A stretch of 37,032 nt of DNA from Octopus bimaculoides (taxonomy: Eukaryota), in contig NC_068989.1 in the NCBI RefSeq assembly GCF_001194135.2, forward strand, positions 76,143,211 through 76,180,242. Direction: 5' to 3'. The position numbers and the translations under genes were made by a program. Shown one piece after another: positions 22,430-33,388 of the stretch. The notes under the pieces were generated by a model. The model was not told the origin of the DNA and made no database searches. It worked only from the letters and a program-made list of their open reading frames with translations. Position 1 is the first letter of the stretch; every line of letters starts with the position of its first letter.

Positions 22430-22612
22430 ACACCGGTCGGTCGCAGGGTTAACTTTTGAGTCATTGGAAAGTGTCATTTACAGCTGAATGGATTAGAACA
22501 ACATGAAACAATGTGTTTTATGAAGAAAACAACGGACGGTTCTGTCCTGGAATCGAAACCACGATCGTAGGAACGTGAGTACAATACCCTAACCACTAGG
22601 CTACGCGTTTTA
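22430..22612 (-). mobile_element. Decayed tRNA-derived SINE
   Basis: Reverse complement gives gcgtagcctagtggttagggt... (A box) and gtggtttcgattccagg (B box), a head similar to family 2. Confidence 0.65.
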
Positions 22613-23757
22613 CACCCTGTAAATATACATGAGATAAATTTATGGGGTTAAATTTAATCAGTGCCAATACTCTCTTTCTGTCTGTCCATCTCTGTCTCTT
22701 TCTGGAAGAAATCGGTTGGGATAAACTCCGACTGATCTAGAACTGACCAAGATACGCCATATGCTCTGATGACTCCCCTGAGAATCCACCAGAATTTTAG
22801 GGTCTGAGGCCAGGCGAGCAATATTTATGTGCATATGATTTGACAGAGATTAACGTATTTTTTCTTTACTGTCACTGTTTTCTTTTAGATTTCTTTGTTC
22901 TTCTGTGTCTAACTTTCTGAAGAAGAACTTACGCGCGAATCGTCAAAGAAACTTTGGTTTCCTTAAGCTTTTGTTTAGTGTTAAATTAATAATCATACGT
23001 TGTTTTTATTTTCTCTTCTCTGTTATTTTTGGCATTAATTTTGGACATCTGCATACACACACACACACACACACACACAAAGACAAAGAGACACACACAT
23101 ATAAACACACACATACACACATAAACATGCACAGACAAACGCGCGCACACAACACATACACACAAACACAGACAAACGCATACACAACACACATAGACAT
23201 GCATGAACAAATACAAATACATACGAACACGTGATCAATATGGACGTTGAAATACAAGCTGGAGAGAAGAGGATAGGTCATTGTGACATTGATCTTCGCA
23301 AGATCGTTTAGATAAGTCAGATCAATTCGGTTTATGTTGAGTTTCAAAATCATTATATCGCCGACAATACGTTACACTTGAAGTAGGAGGTGTTACCAGA
23401 AGATTGACAGCTCGAGGGAGGAAAGACTGCCGGGAGGTAGTTAGTGCAGCGCTTAGTGTTTAGGACGCAACAGACGTGATAGAGAAGGAGAGACGTGTGG
23501 CTATCCGAGTTGATGTTATGCAACTGGCCAATTCACAATTCAGAAGATTAGACAAGCAATTTCTCAACAAGAATCCAGATTGCAAATGACACGCTGTTAT
23601 TAAAGTTGAAAGTGGCATTTATCCATCTATGTATGAACCTCTCACTTTCTCTCTCCCTCTCCCTCCTCCTCTCTCTTCCCCTCTCTCTCTCTGTATATAT
23701 ATTTATACACAGACACAAACACACACACATATATATTATGTGTGTGTGTGTGGTATA

Positions 23758-23803
<46 letters not shown>

Positions 23804-24021
23804 CAAAATAAGCAACAAGGATATTCAAGGTTAATGCAGTACGATCGTTTCATGCGACTCCATTTATTTAAGCAATGTGAGTATTACATTAAATGTAAAA
23901 TGCAGAGCATATATATATGTATAAATATATATATATGATTTATATATATTTTGGAATTGTTTGGATAATACCATACTTAATTCTGGTGCCTAAATTTAAG
24001 TACCATATTCACTTTGAATCT

Positions 24022-24053
<32 letters not shown>

Positions 24054-24139
24054 CAAACATGCACACATTAACACGCGTATACGTGCGATTTTTTCTTTGA
24101 GCTAAATTTAACTTGTTCTTGAGAGAGTTCAAGCCGGTT

Positions 24140-24365
24140 GCTAACAAAGCAACCAGACTTTTTGAGCTGAAGAATTTCTAGTGTTTGTAAGTATGTGGTT
24201 GAGTCGGTGTTTTCGTTGAACTGTCGATGCATCACTCAAATTCTGGAACGTCTTACACACACACACATATATATATATATATAGGTTTTTGTACAGATCT
24301 GTTGGTACATAACCTAAGGCACCCATGAAGATAGGTACAAATGCGAATTCAAATTCAGGGTGTAT
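24140..24365 (-). mobile_element. 5'-truncated REL-LINE tail (R4-like) interrupted by a TA/CA microsatellite
   Basis: Minus strand reads HPEFEFAFVPIFMGALGYVPTDLYKNL, then a microsatellite, then VCKTFQ. The 5' junction lies against acatacatacat. Confidence 0.7.
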
Positions 24366-24487
24366 ACAGACATGTATGTATGTCATTATTCAGTTTTAAT
24401 TCAAGATTTCTATCCTACATCCAAGGCTCCTTCATTGGAAATCCAACAACATCAGCAAGGTCTTTTGGCATGTATGTATGTATATGC

Positions 24488-24754
24488 TCAGTATTCGGAG
24501 TCAGAGAGTGCGTGCAGATTTATATGTTATATTTTACGTAAGTATATATGAATATAATTGAATGTCTAGACATGCGCACATATACTTAAATGATAAATAT
24601 CTGGAAAGTTTTACAGATCTTTACAGTTCCAGTGATGGCTTGGATCTGTAATCTTTCAATCAGCTTTCTCCTTTTTGGTCTTGAGAAGCCTAATTCCTCA
24701 AGATTGGTATTTAAGCAGTGTGTTACATATCCCAATTCCCCAATAATTAAAATT
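24488..24754 (-). mobile_element. 5'-truncated REL-LINE tail, family B
   Basis: Minus strand reads ILIIGELGYVTHCLNTNLEELGFSRPKRRKLIERLQIQAITGTVKICKTFQIFII* (stop 24586-24588). Bounded on both sides by (TACA)n on the sense strand. Homologous to 36699-36930. Confidence 0.85.
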
Positions 24755-25136
24755 GTATGCATGTATGTATATATGTATGTATGCTTGCATGTATGTATGT
24801 GTCTATGTATATGTATATTCTTTCTGGCTTAATTTCTTTGAGGTAAAAGACGCGGTCTCTACGTTTATTCAAGGTCTTAGCAAATTAATAGAAATGTCGT
24901 CTCAGATATTCAATAGAAGATACAATGGAAAAAAAATCAGTTTTATTATTCTGCCCCGTCTGAGTAGTAATTATTCAGCACTGAAAGCTAACAAAATACT
25001 ACTCAATTATACAATTATATTGTCTATGCCTAATGAATTGCATTTCAGCGCTCTGCTTTATTATTGGTGTGCAGAGAAAGCTATTGATAGTTTAATGGTT
25101 TTATCTTGGATAGAGCAAAAGTGGGATATACACAGA

Positions 25137-25155
25137 AGATCTATCTATCTATCTT

Positions 25156-25206
<51 letters not shown>

Positions 25207-25245
25207 GTCTGCTTGTCTCTCTCTCTATCCCCTCTCTCTTTCTCT
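25137..25245. repeat. (CTAT)n and (CT)n microsatellite
   Basis: Direct reading. Confidence 0.95.
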
Positions 25246-25658
25246 ACTTTTAGGCAAAAGATTTATCTTTGTTCTTTCCTCTATTGCACTGACGCGACTT
25301 TTAAGTTCTTTCTTCTCGTTTTGTTCTCACGTTCGTTCTTATATACATATGTGACTGTCTGTGTATATATGTATGTATGTTTGTGTGTATTGAATATATC
25401 AACATACAAAGTGTTTCGTCAATGCACTGACACCTCTGAGTAATGAATTTATACAATCAATTAGTTGAAGCTCAGGTTTCGGTTTCACTCCTCCTGCATA
25501 CTCTATATCACGATTGTCGAGACGGTGACGCGATAGAAATCGGACACTCAGAATTTGCACTGCGTATGAAGTATGAAGTTCGTCAACGACTGACTAAACT
25601 TTAGTACATTATACTCAGTTTCACTCTTTCTCTTTTGTTTGTATTTCCAAATATATGC

Positions 25659-25691
<33 letters not shown>

Positions 25692-25721
25692 TGTATGTAT
25701 GTATGTATGTATGTATGTATG

Positions 25722-25980
25722 ATTATATGTCTGTGCACACGTTTGAATATGGTGTGTACCAGAAGGCTTGCAAATCCAATGGGGGTCTTAAAAGACATGT
25801 TAGGATCCACAATGAGCAGAACTTACCTGGAGGTAATGGTAGTACAAATCAGAGGTGCAATCTGTGTGGATGTTTTTTCAAAACATTGTCTAGTTTAAAA
25901 AGCCACATCAGACGCCATGAAGGGGCTAAGGTGTAGGTGCAGGAGGTGGTCAAACTCTGTGGAAGGAGTAAACAACCACC
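25722..25980 (+). mobile_element. 5'-truncated tail of an RTE-like LINE with two C-terminal C2H2 zinc fingers, embedded in (ATGT)n
   Basis: Intact finger CNLCGCFFKTLSSLKSHIRRH (25856-25918; C-x2-C-x12-H-x3-H) and a degenerate finger YGVYQKACKSNGGLKRHVRIH. No TGEKP linker. Stop at 25934-25936, 44-nt UTR, then a microsatellite tail, which is the known RTE layout. Confidence 0.65.
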
Positions 25981-26942
25981 ATGTATGTATGTATGTATGT
26001 ATGTATGTATGCATGTATGTATGTATGTATGTATGTAGATANNNNNNNNNNNNNNNNNNNNNNNNNNNNNNNNNNNNNNNNNNNNNNNNNNNNNNNNNNN
26101 NNNNNNNNNNNNNNNNNNNNNNNNNNNNNNNNNNNNNNNNNNNNNNNNNNNNNNNNNNNNNNNNNNNNNNNNNNNNNNNNNNNNNNNNNNNNNNNNNNNN
26201 NNNNNNNNNNNNNNNNNNNNNNNNNNNNNNNNNNNNNNNNNNNNNNNNNNNNNNNNNNNNNNNNNNNNNNNNNNNNNNNNNNNNNNNNNNNNNNNNNNNN
26301 NNNNNNNNNNNNNNNNNNNNNNNNNNNNNNNNNNNNNNNNNNNNNNNNNNNNNNNNNNNNNNNNNNNNNNNNNNNNNNNNNNNNNNNNNNNNNNNNNNNN
26401 NNNNNNNNNNNNNNNNNNNNNNNNNNNNNNNNNNNNNNNNNNNNNNNNNNNNNNNNNNNNNNNNNNNNNNNNNNNNNNNNNNNNNNNNNNNNNNNNNNNN
26501 NNNNNNNNNNNNNNNNNNNNNNNNNNNNNNNNNNNNNNNNNNNNNNNNNNNNNNNNNNNNNNNNNNNNNNNNNNNNNNNNNNNNNNNNNNNNNNNNNNNN
26601 NNNNNNNNNNNNNNNNNNNNNNNNNNNNNNNNNNNNNNNNNNNNNNNNNNNNNNNNNNNNNNNNNNNNNNNNNNNNNNNNNNNNNNNNNNNNNNNNNNNN
26701 NNNNNNNNNNNNNNNNNNNNNNNNNNNNNNNNNNNNNNNNNNNNNNNNNNNNNNNNNNNNNNNNNNNNNNNNNNNNNNNNNNNNNNNNNNNNNNNNNNNN
26801 NNNNNNNNNNNNNNNNNNNNNNNNNNNNNNNNNNNNNNNNNNNNNNNNNNNNNNNNNNNNNNNNNNNNNNNNNNNNNNNNNNNNNNNNNNNNNNNNNNNN
26901 NNNNNNNNNNNNNNNNNNNNNTATATATATATATATATATGC

Positions 26943-26986
<44 letters not shown>

Positions 26987-27034
26987 GCATATATATATAT
27001 ATATTTATATATAGGCATACATATAGATAGATGT

Positions 27035-27481
27035 GTTTCTTTATTGGCCACACAGGGCTGAACACAAAGGGGATAAAATACAAAGCAGAGTTTATATTTT
27101 GGGGAAGAGAAAATAAAAGGTGGGGGAGAAATTCGATCAATAGGGATCGTGTATCACAGAAATGTCATAATGTAAAAGGGGAAACAGATTAGGTTTACCC
27201 GTTGAAAGAAAAGCCTACGGAAAAAAAGCTACGGTTACCTCGGGCAATAATGTCATGCAAAAAACACATTACAGTAAGGGACTCTTTTTTTCCTTACTTT
27301 TTCTGGATCATAGGATTATGCTCAAGATGGCTGCGTCATTCACACGTGCCATCCTTGCTACATTCACCCATCTTTTTTGAAACATTCACTAGACAAATAT
27401 TCCCTCTCTATTCTCAGCTTTCTCTTCAGGTGATACTTGAAGAAGTTGATGAGAGATTCACCAGAGAGGAAAGTGTATGTC

Positions 27482-27482
<1 letters not shown>
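27035..27482 (-). mobile_element. 5'-truncated 3' end of an L1/Tx1-like LINE
   Basis: Minus strand with one frameshift reads TFLSGESLINFFKYHLKRKLRIEREYLSSECFKKRWVNVARMARVNDAAILSIIL* (stop 27308-27310). About 270 nt of UTR ending in gccaataaagaaa. Confidence 0.8.

Positions 27483-27575
<93 letters not shown>
27482..27575. repeat. (GATA)n microsatellite
   Basis: About 23 units. Confidence 0.97.
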
Positions 27576-28257
27576 CATGTATCTCGCTTACACTCTGTGG
27601 GACTAGTAACATGGTGTAGAAGTCAATATTCATACGGTTCAGAACGAAGCGTTTGCCAAGTACAGAGCAGTAAAAGGAAAATGAAATGACAAAGGAATAA
27701 ACAACTAAGTGAATATCTCATAAATTTCATAGGCTATATAAATGTAAATATAATATGAATATAAACACACACATACACACACACGCACACACACATAATC
27801 AAGAGTGTCGTGCGTGTAGCGGAACCGTGGGAAGGACATTTATCATGACATAACAGAAGAAATTTTAATGTGATGCAACCCTAAGAGCGGTCACTCTTTT
27901 TTTGTTATATATTCTTTGATGCGATGTGAACATGCTCGTACTTTGAGAGCAATGAATGTGCAACGAATATTTCCATTCTTTGATGCGGAACTATTTGCAA
28001 TCATTAAGACTTAGTCGTGAAACAGAAGAAGAAAAACAGGCTCCGAGCAAAACAAAAATATAACAAAAGCCAAACAAACAAGATGAGCAAATAATTGAAT
28101 AAATCTTAATTAAACAAGCTATTTTATGTTCGTTATTTTCCTGTCGATCTTGCTTTCAAATAATACTTTTCTTTTGCTCGATTTTTTCTCATCTCATTCT
28201 CTATACATAAATGCATGTGAAATTAATTATTCTCTCTCTGTCTTCATGTATATACAT

Positions 28258-28461
28258 ATGTGCGCGCGCGCGCGCGCGCGTGTGTGTGTGTGTATGTGTG
28301 TGTGTGTGTGTGTGTGTATGTGTGTGTGTGTGTGTGTGTGTGTATGAATATATCAACATTCCAGGCAAACTTTCTCAAACATCTTTCTCTCACATACCGA
28401 AGTCTAAAACTAACGATATAATTACTTGTACATAAACAAAAAAACACGAGCGCTTAAACAA

Positions 28462-28510
<49 letters not shown>

Positions 28511-28545
28511 CATACACAGGCACGCACACACACACACACACACAC
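28258..28545. repeat. (CG)n(TG)n and (CA)n microsatellites
   Basis: Direct reading. Includes an alternating purine-pyrimidine run gcgcgcgcgcgcgcgcgcgtgtg. Confidence 0.92.
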
Positions 28546-29094
28546 ATGCACATATCAATATATATGCCTGTATGTATGTGTATTATTTAATCATACAAAA
28601 GCTGTCAAACCACGCTGCTAATAGTCTCAAAAGATATTTAAATTGGTTGAGAACTTTTGACTCATACTTGCCTGTGTTACTTCAAAAAGTGATTTTTTTT
28701 GTTCTTTGTGCTTTCATGATTTCATGTGTTTTTGCCTGCCCCCAAACAAATGACTTTGTTGGGGCGATACATGTCATATGAGTCAAACATGTATGATGAT
28801 AAGTATCCAACTACTTCAAATATTTTGGAAACTATTTGTAACATGGATTAACAGGTTACTCTAAAATATATACATATCCTCCTTATCCAATATATTGAGC
28901 ATTCTTGACTGCGTTATAGAAAACTTTCTACATTGATGTATTATACATATTCAAAGTACACACACACATACACACTCACGCACGCGAGCATGCGCACACA
29001 CATCACACACACACATATATATATATGTATACATATATACACATACATATCCTATACTTACATACATACATTTTTTTTCTTCTCTCCTTGTTTC

Positions 29095-29247
29095 TCTCCT
29101 TATTTCTTTCTGTGTTCCTTTCAGTTGAAGAGCGTAGGCTCGAAACGTCAACGACTTTCTCTATTCCCGAGCGTTATACTAATACATCCATTTGTTGTTT
29201 ACACCGCCTGTCTTCGTCTTTGGTTTATTTCGTAAATTCTCCCATAT
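29095..29247 (+). mobile_element. Penelope-like element terminal relic with a hammerhead-core-like motif
   Basis: ttgaaga-gcgtaggctc-gaaac-gtc at 29125-29149 has the (C/U)UGANGA...GAAAC-GUH order seen in Penelope termini. It is followed by an AT-rich tail and (TA)n. Confidence 0.55.
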
Positions 29248-29256
29248 ATACATACA

Positions 29257-29287
<31 letters not shown>

Positions 29288-29928
29288 NNNNNNNNNNNNN
29301 NNNNNNNNNNNNNNNNNNNNNNNNNNNNNNNNNNNNNNNNNNNNNNNNNNNNNNNNNNNNNNNNNNNNNNNNNNNNNNNNNNNNNNNNNNNNNNNNNNNN
29401 NNNNNNNNNNNNNNNNNNNNNNNNNNNNNNNNNNNNNNNNNNNNNNNNNNNNNNNNNNNNNNNNNNNNNNNNNNNNNNNNNNNNNNNNNNNNNNNNNNNN
29501 NNNNNNNNNNNNNNNNNNNNNNNNNNNNNNNNNNNNNNNNNNNNNNNNNNNNNNNNNNNNNNNNNNNNNNNNNNNNNNNNNNNNNNNNNNNNNNNNNNNN
29601 NNNNNNNNNNNNNNNNNNNNNNNNNNNNNNNNNNNNNNNNNNNNNNNNNNNNNNNNNNNNNNNNNNNNNNNNNNNNNNNNNNNNNNNNNNNNNNNNNNNN
29701 NNNNNNNNNNNNNNNNNNNNNNNNNNNNNNNNNNNNNNNNNNNNNNNNNNNNNNNNNNNNNNNNNNNNNNNNNNNNNNNNNNNNNNNNNNNNNNNNNNNN
29801 NNNNNNNNNNNNNNNNNNNNNNNNNNNNNNNNNNNNNNNNNNNNNNNNNNNNNNNNNNNNNNNNNNNNNNNNNNNNNNNNNNNNNNNNNNNNNNNNNNNN
29901 NNNNNNNNNNNNNNNNNNNNNNNNNNNN

Positions 29929-30267
29929 AAAGCGTATTTAATCTCCATACCTTCGTTTTATTTGCTGTTTTCATTTTAAATTTGCTTTAACCCTAACCCT
30001 AACCCTAACCCTAACCCTAGGGTTAGGGTTAATTGTTTCAGAATCGTTGTTTATGTAGTCGGCACTTAATGTATATCGGCTGAATGGACGTCAGTGATTG
30101 GTTGAAATTACAGAAATACAACTTTAAGATGGAATAAGTTATGGATTTCTTTTTTTTTAAAGAAGACTAAGAGAAAAAGATGTTTTATATGACACATTCT
30201 ACCAGTGTTCCAAGTTTCAAAGTGTTTCGTTAATGAAAAATGTGGCCCCCGTTTTAAAAAAGATCCG
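29929..30267. mobile_element. MITE related to 19935-20320 (left end lost in the gap)
   Basis: Shares ttttatat(g/a)acacattctaccagtgt(t/c)ccaagttt(c/g)aaagtgtttcgttaa and the terminal aaagatccg with the 19935 element. An internal block gacgtcagtgattggttgaa...aatacaacttt is present in inverted orientation. Confidence 0.75.
29988..30031. repeat. Interstitial telomeric repeat: (TAACCC)5 joined to TAGGGTTAGGGTTA
   Basis: Perfect 26-bp palindrome at 30006-30031 centred on CCCTAGGG. Confidence 0.95.
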
Positions 30268-30450
30268 TTAAATCTTCTTCAAATCCTATCCTACCACCCT
30301 GATTCACAAACTATGCAGGGTGAAAAAAAAAACTTATGTAAAATACAAAACTGTCCGACGAACGAGAACGTGAAACTCTGAGTATCAGTTTTTCTGATAT
30401 TTCTGCTGTTTTAAATAAAGTATAATACACATATATATAAATATGTGTGT

Positions 30451-30482
<32 letters not shown>

Positions 30483-31542
30483 ACATATAGTGCGTGTATA
30501 ACTGTATGTCGGTGCAAACATGTTACATATAAGTATAGGTTTGTACAAATGTAGCCTGGAGGGTGATGACGAAGCGAAATGGAATCTATCTCTGTATCTA
30601 TCAACCTACTTANNNNNNNNNNNNNNNNNNNNNNNNNNNNNNNNNNNNNNNNNNNNNNNNNNNNNNNNNNNNNNNNNNNNNNNNNNNNNNNNNNNNNNNN
30701 NNNNNNNNNNNNNNNNNNNNNNNNNNNNNNNNNNNNNNNNNNNNNNNNNNNNNNNNNNNNNNNNNNNNNNNNNNNNNNNNNNNNNNNNNNNNNNNNNNNN
30801 NNNNNNNNNNNNNNNNNNNNNNNNNNNNNNNNNNNNNNNNNNNNNNNNNNNNNNNNNNNNNNNNNNNNNNNNNNNNNNNNNNNNNNNNNNNNNNNNNNNN
30901 NNNNNNNNNNNNNNNNNNNNNNNNNNNNNNNNNNNNNNNNNNNNNNNNNNNNNNNNNNNNNNNNNNNNNNNNNNNNNNNNNNNNNNNNNNNNNNNNNNNN
31001 NNNNNNNNNNNNNNNNNNNNNNNNNNNNNNNNNNNNNNNNNNNNNNNNNNNNNNNNNNNNNNNNNNNNNNNNNNNNNNNNNNNNNNNNNNNNNNNNNNNN
31101 NNNNNNNNNNNNNNNNNNNNNNNNNNNNNNNNNNNNNNNNNNNNNNNNNNNNNNNNNNNNNNNNNNNNNNNNNNNNNNNNNNNNNNNNNNNNNNNNNNNN
31201 NNNNNNNNNNNNNNNNNNNNNNNNNNNNNNNNNNNNNNNNNNNNNNNNNNNNNNNNNNNNNNNNNNNNNNNNNNNNNNNNNNNNNNNNNNNNNNNNNNNN
31301 NNNNNNNNNNNNNNNNNNNNNNNNNNNNNNNNNNNNNNNNNNNNNNNNNNNNNNNNNNNNNNNNNNNNNNNNNNNNNNNNNNNNNNNNNNNNNNNNNNNN
31401 NNNNNNNNNNNNNNNNNNNNNNNNNNNNNNNNNNNNNNNNNNNNNNNNNNNNNNNNNNNNNNNNNNNNNNNNNNNNNNNNNNNNNNNNNNNNNNNNNNNN
31501 NNNNNNNNNNNNNNNNNNNNNNNNNNNNNNNNNNNNNNNNNN

Positions 31543-31593
<51 letters not shown>

Positions 31594-31767
31594 ACGTGTA
31601 TACACACACACACACACACACACGCATATATGAATTTTCAGTTTACAAAGAAAGACACAGATGACCAGTTACAAGGTAGCAAAATATCACATAAGCGCCC
31701 AAGGAATTAGTAATCACACTTGCGTGGGAGTTAATTCTGAGGAGGAATGAGTCTTCTTTTGGAAAAC

Positions 31768-31929
31768 ATAAGAATAATGGAAAATGGACACAAACGCTCA
31801 AGATGTCATTTAAACCATTTATGTCACCATATCATCGACATATATTTCGAACCATAAGTCGGTGATATGGTGATATAAGTTTTTAAAATAACATCTCGAG
31901 TGTTTGTCTCTATTTTTCATTATCCTTAT
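31768..31929. mobile_element. Fold-back element (72-bp arms, 18-nt loop)
   Basis: 31768-31839 is the imperfect reverse complement of 31858-31929, without indels. Mismatches are mostly transitions. Confidence 0.85.
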
Positions 31930-32212
31930 ATATATTTATATATGCGTGTGTGTATCATATACCTACCTGTCACATGTATATATACGTACATGTACAAAAA
32001 GTGGAAAATCTTGAGAATACGATGTTAATCGTGTCACGGCTTTAGTTTATCTTGAGCAATATCTCTTTCACTAATACCTCATTCCCATTCTGCTTACTTC
32101 ATCCTCTTCCCACGAGGCTGTAATGTCAAGCCAGTGACACAAAAGACTAAAACATCTGATTATTGCAGTGTTTAGTAGTTTTATGTGTTAGCATTCTTCG
32201 TTTTCATTTTAG

Positions 32213-32279
32213 TGGATTAATTAGAGAAGAAATTGCAGCGTCTGTTACTCCCTGTAGGACCTCCGTAGGAAGAAGATAG
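32213..32279 (+). CDS. Candidate terminal exon (GLIREEIAASVTPCRTSVGRR*)
   Basis: Strong acceptor cattcttcgttttcattttag. Only one frame is open, and it needs a preceding phase-2 intron. No homology recognised. Confidence 0.2.
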
Positions 32280-33388
32280 GTAGGGATTATCAGGTCGAAA
32301 ACTTTGCCTGTTTATTTGCAACAAAGCTTACAGCAATAAAAACGCAGAAGAGCCAAGTGACGGTTTTAAATCGTGTAACGGACGACATACATGAATAGCA
32401 GTCATATACTGATTCAAGTCGACCGAGCTTACCTTCTTACTACAAATTGCTGGCCATGTGCCACTGCGTGAAAATCTTTAATAAACTATCCTAGATGACA
32501 GTGCAGATTAACTAGAGAAAGTAACAGATTTCTTTTCAGTATTTCAAAACTTACCTGGAGTCCACATTTATTTTAACTCAGTAATAGCCTGAAGCCGACA
32601 ATTCGTATACCTCTGAGGACATTTTATCAATTTTTAAAGTTGAATTTCTAAGTAGATCTTTCAAGAAGCTATACCAGATATTTCTTTCTTAGTCAAATAA
32701 AAGTATGTCACGATCATAATTGTTTTCTCGGTATGAATGACAAAAATGAAGTGTGATACCTTAAAATTTAGTTATGGAGACAAATTTGCAGGTACACCTT
32801 ATTTAAAGTCATATTATCCTCTGAAGCGTTTGCGCATATATGCGTATTTCATCATCGATTAATTTCATCTACGTGCTGGCTCATCTTTTTAAATATCTCA
32901 AGAATTCGTAGAGCCGGTTTTTAACTTTCGATTCAACAGTAAATAGACGATTGATAATTGTTGTGCTGGATACGACAGGCATCGCACACAAATCCCTTTT
33001 CAAACCATTGCTCTCCTAGTGCTTATTTTCTGCCCATTAAGATGAGTCTACGAGGGAGCTTTTACATGAACACTGTATGCAATCTGCAAGAAATAAAAAT
33101 GTAATGACACCAAATCGTTTGAATAATGTATCCCAGCTTGAATAATGACTGAAAAGATTGAATAATGTGTCCCAGATTATATTATGACTGAAAAAAAGAT
33201 GGGATGGTTATGAGTAGATTGTTTTTGATGATAGATCTGCTCAATCAGATCCGAATAAGAACTAAACAACAGTAAGAACAACAGTACATGCAATGAAGTA
33301 TTAAGCATCATGTTCTGATACCCAACTAAATACTTGCAAACAAGATGTCAAGATGAAACAGGAATTAGTAGTTTAATACATTATGCAC

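Noticed and set aside
24820-25140. About 105 non-repetitive open codons within ORF 24753-25253
   Set aside because: No ATG or acceptor outside the microsatellite, AT-rich composition and no motif. Treated as chance.
25740-25936. Exon of a host C2H2 zinc-finger gene
   Set aside because: No TGEKP linkers, no acceptor, a broken first finger, a short UTR and a microsatellite tail all fit an RTE-like LINE end better.
29988-30031. Ancestral telomere-telomere fusion site
   Set aside because: A fusion gives (TTAGGG)n followed by (CCCTAA)n. Here the order is reversed, the tract is tiny and it lies within a MITE.
2398-31710. Long ORFs of 200-455 aa in the track
   Set aside because: They run through N-gaps and TA/CA/TACA repeats (poly-X, YIYI, HTHT, CVCV). 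They are not evidence of coding.
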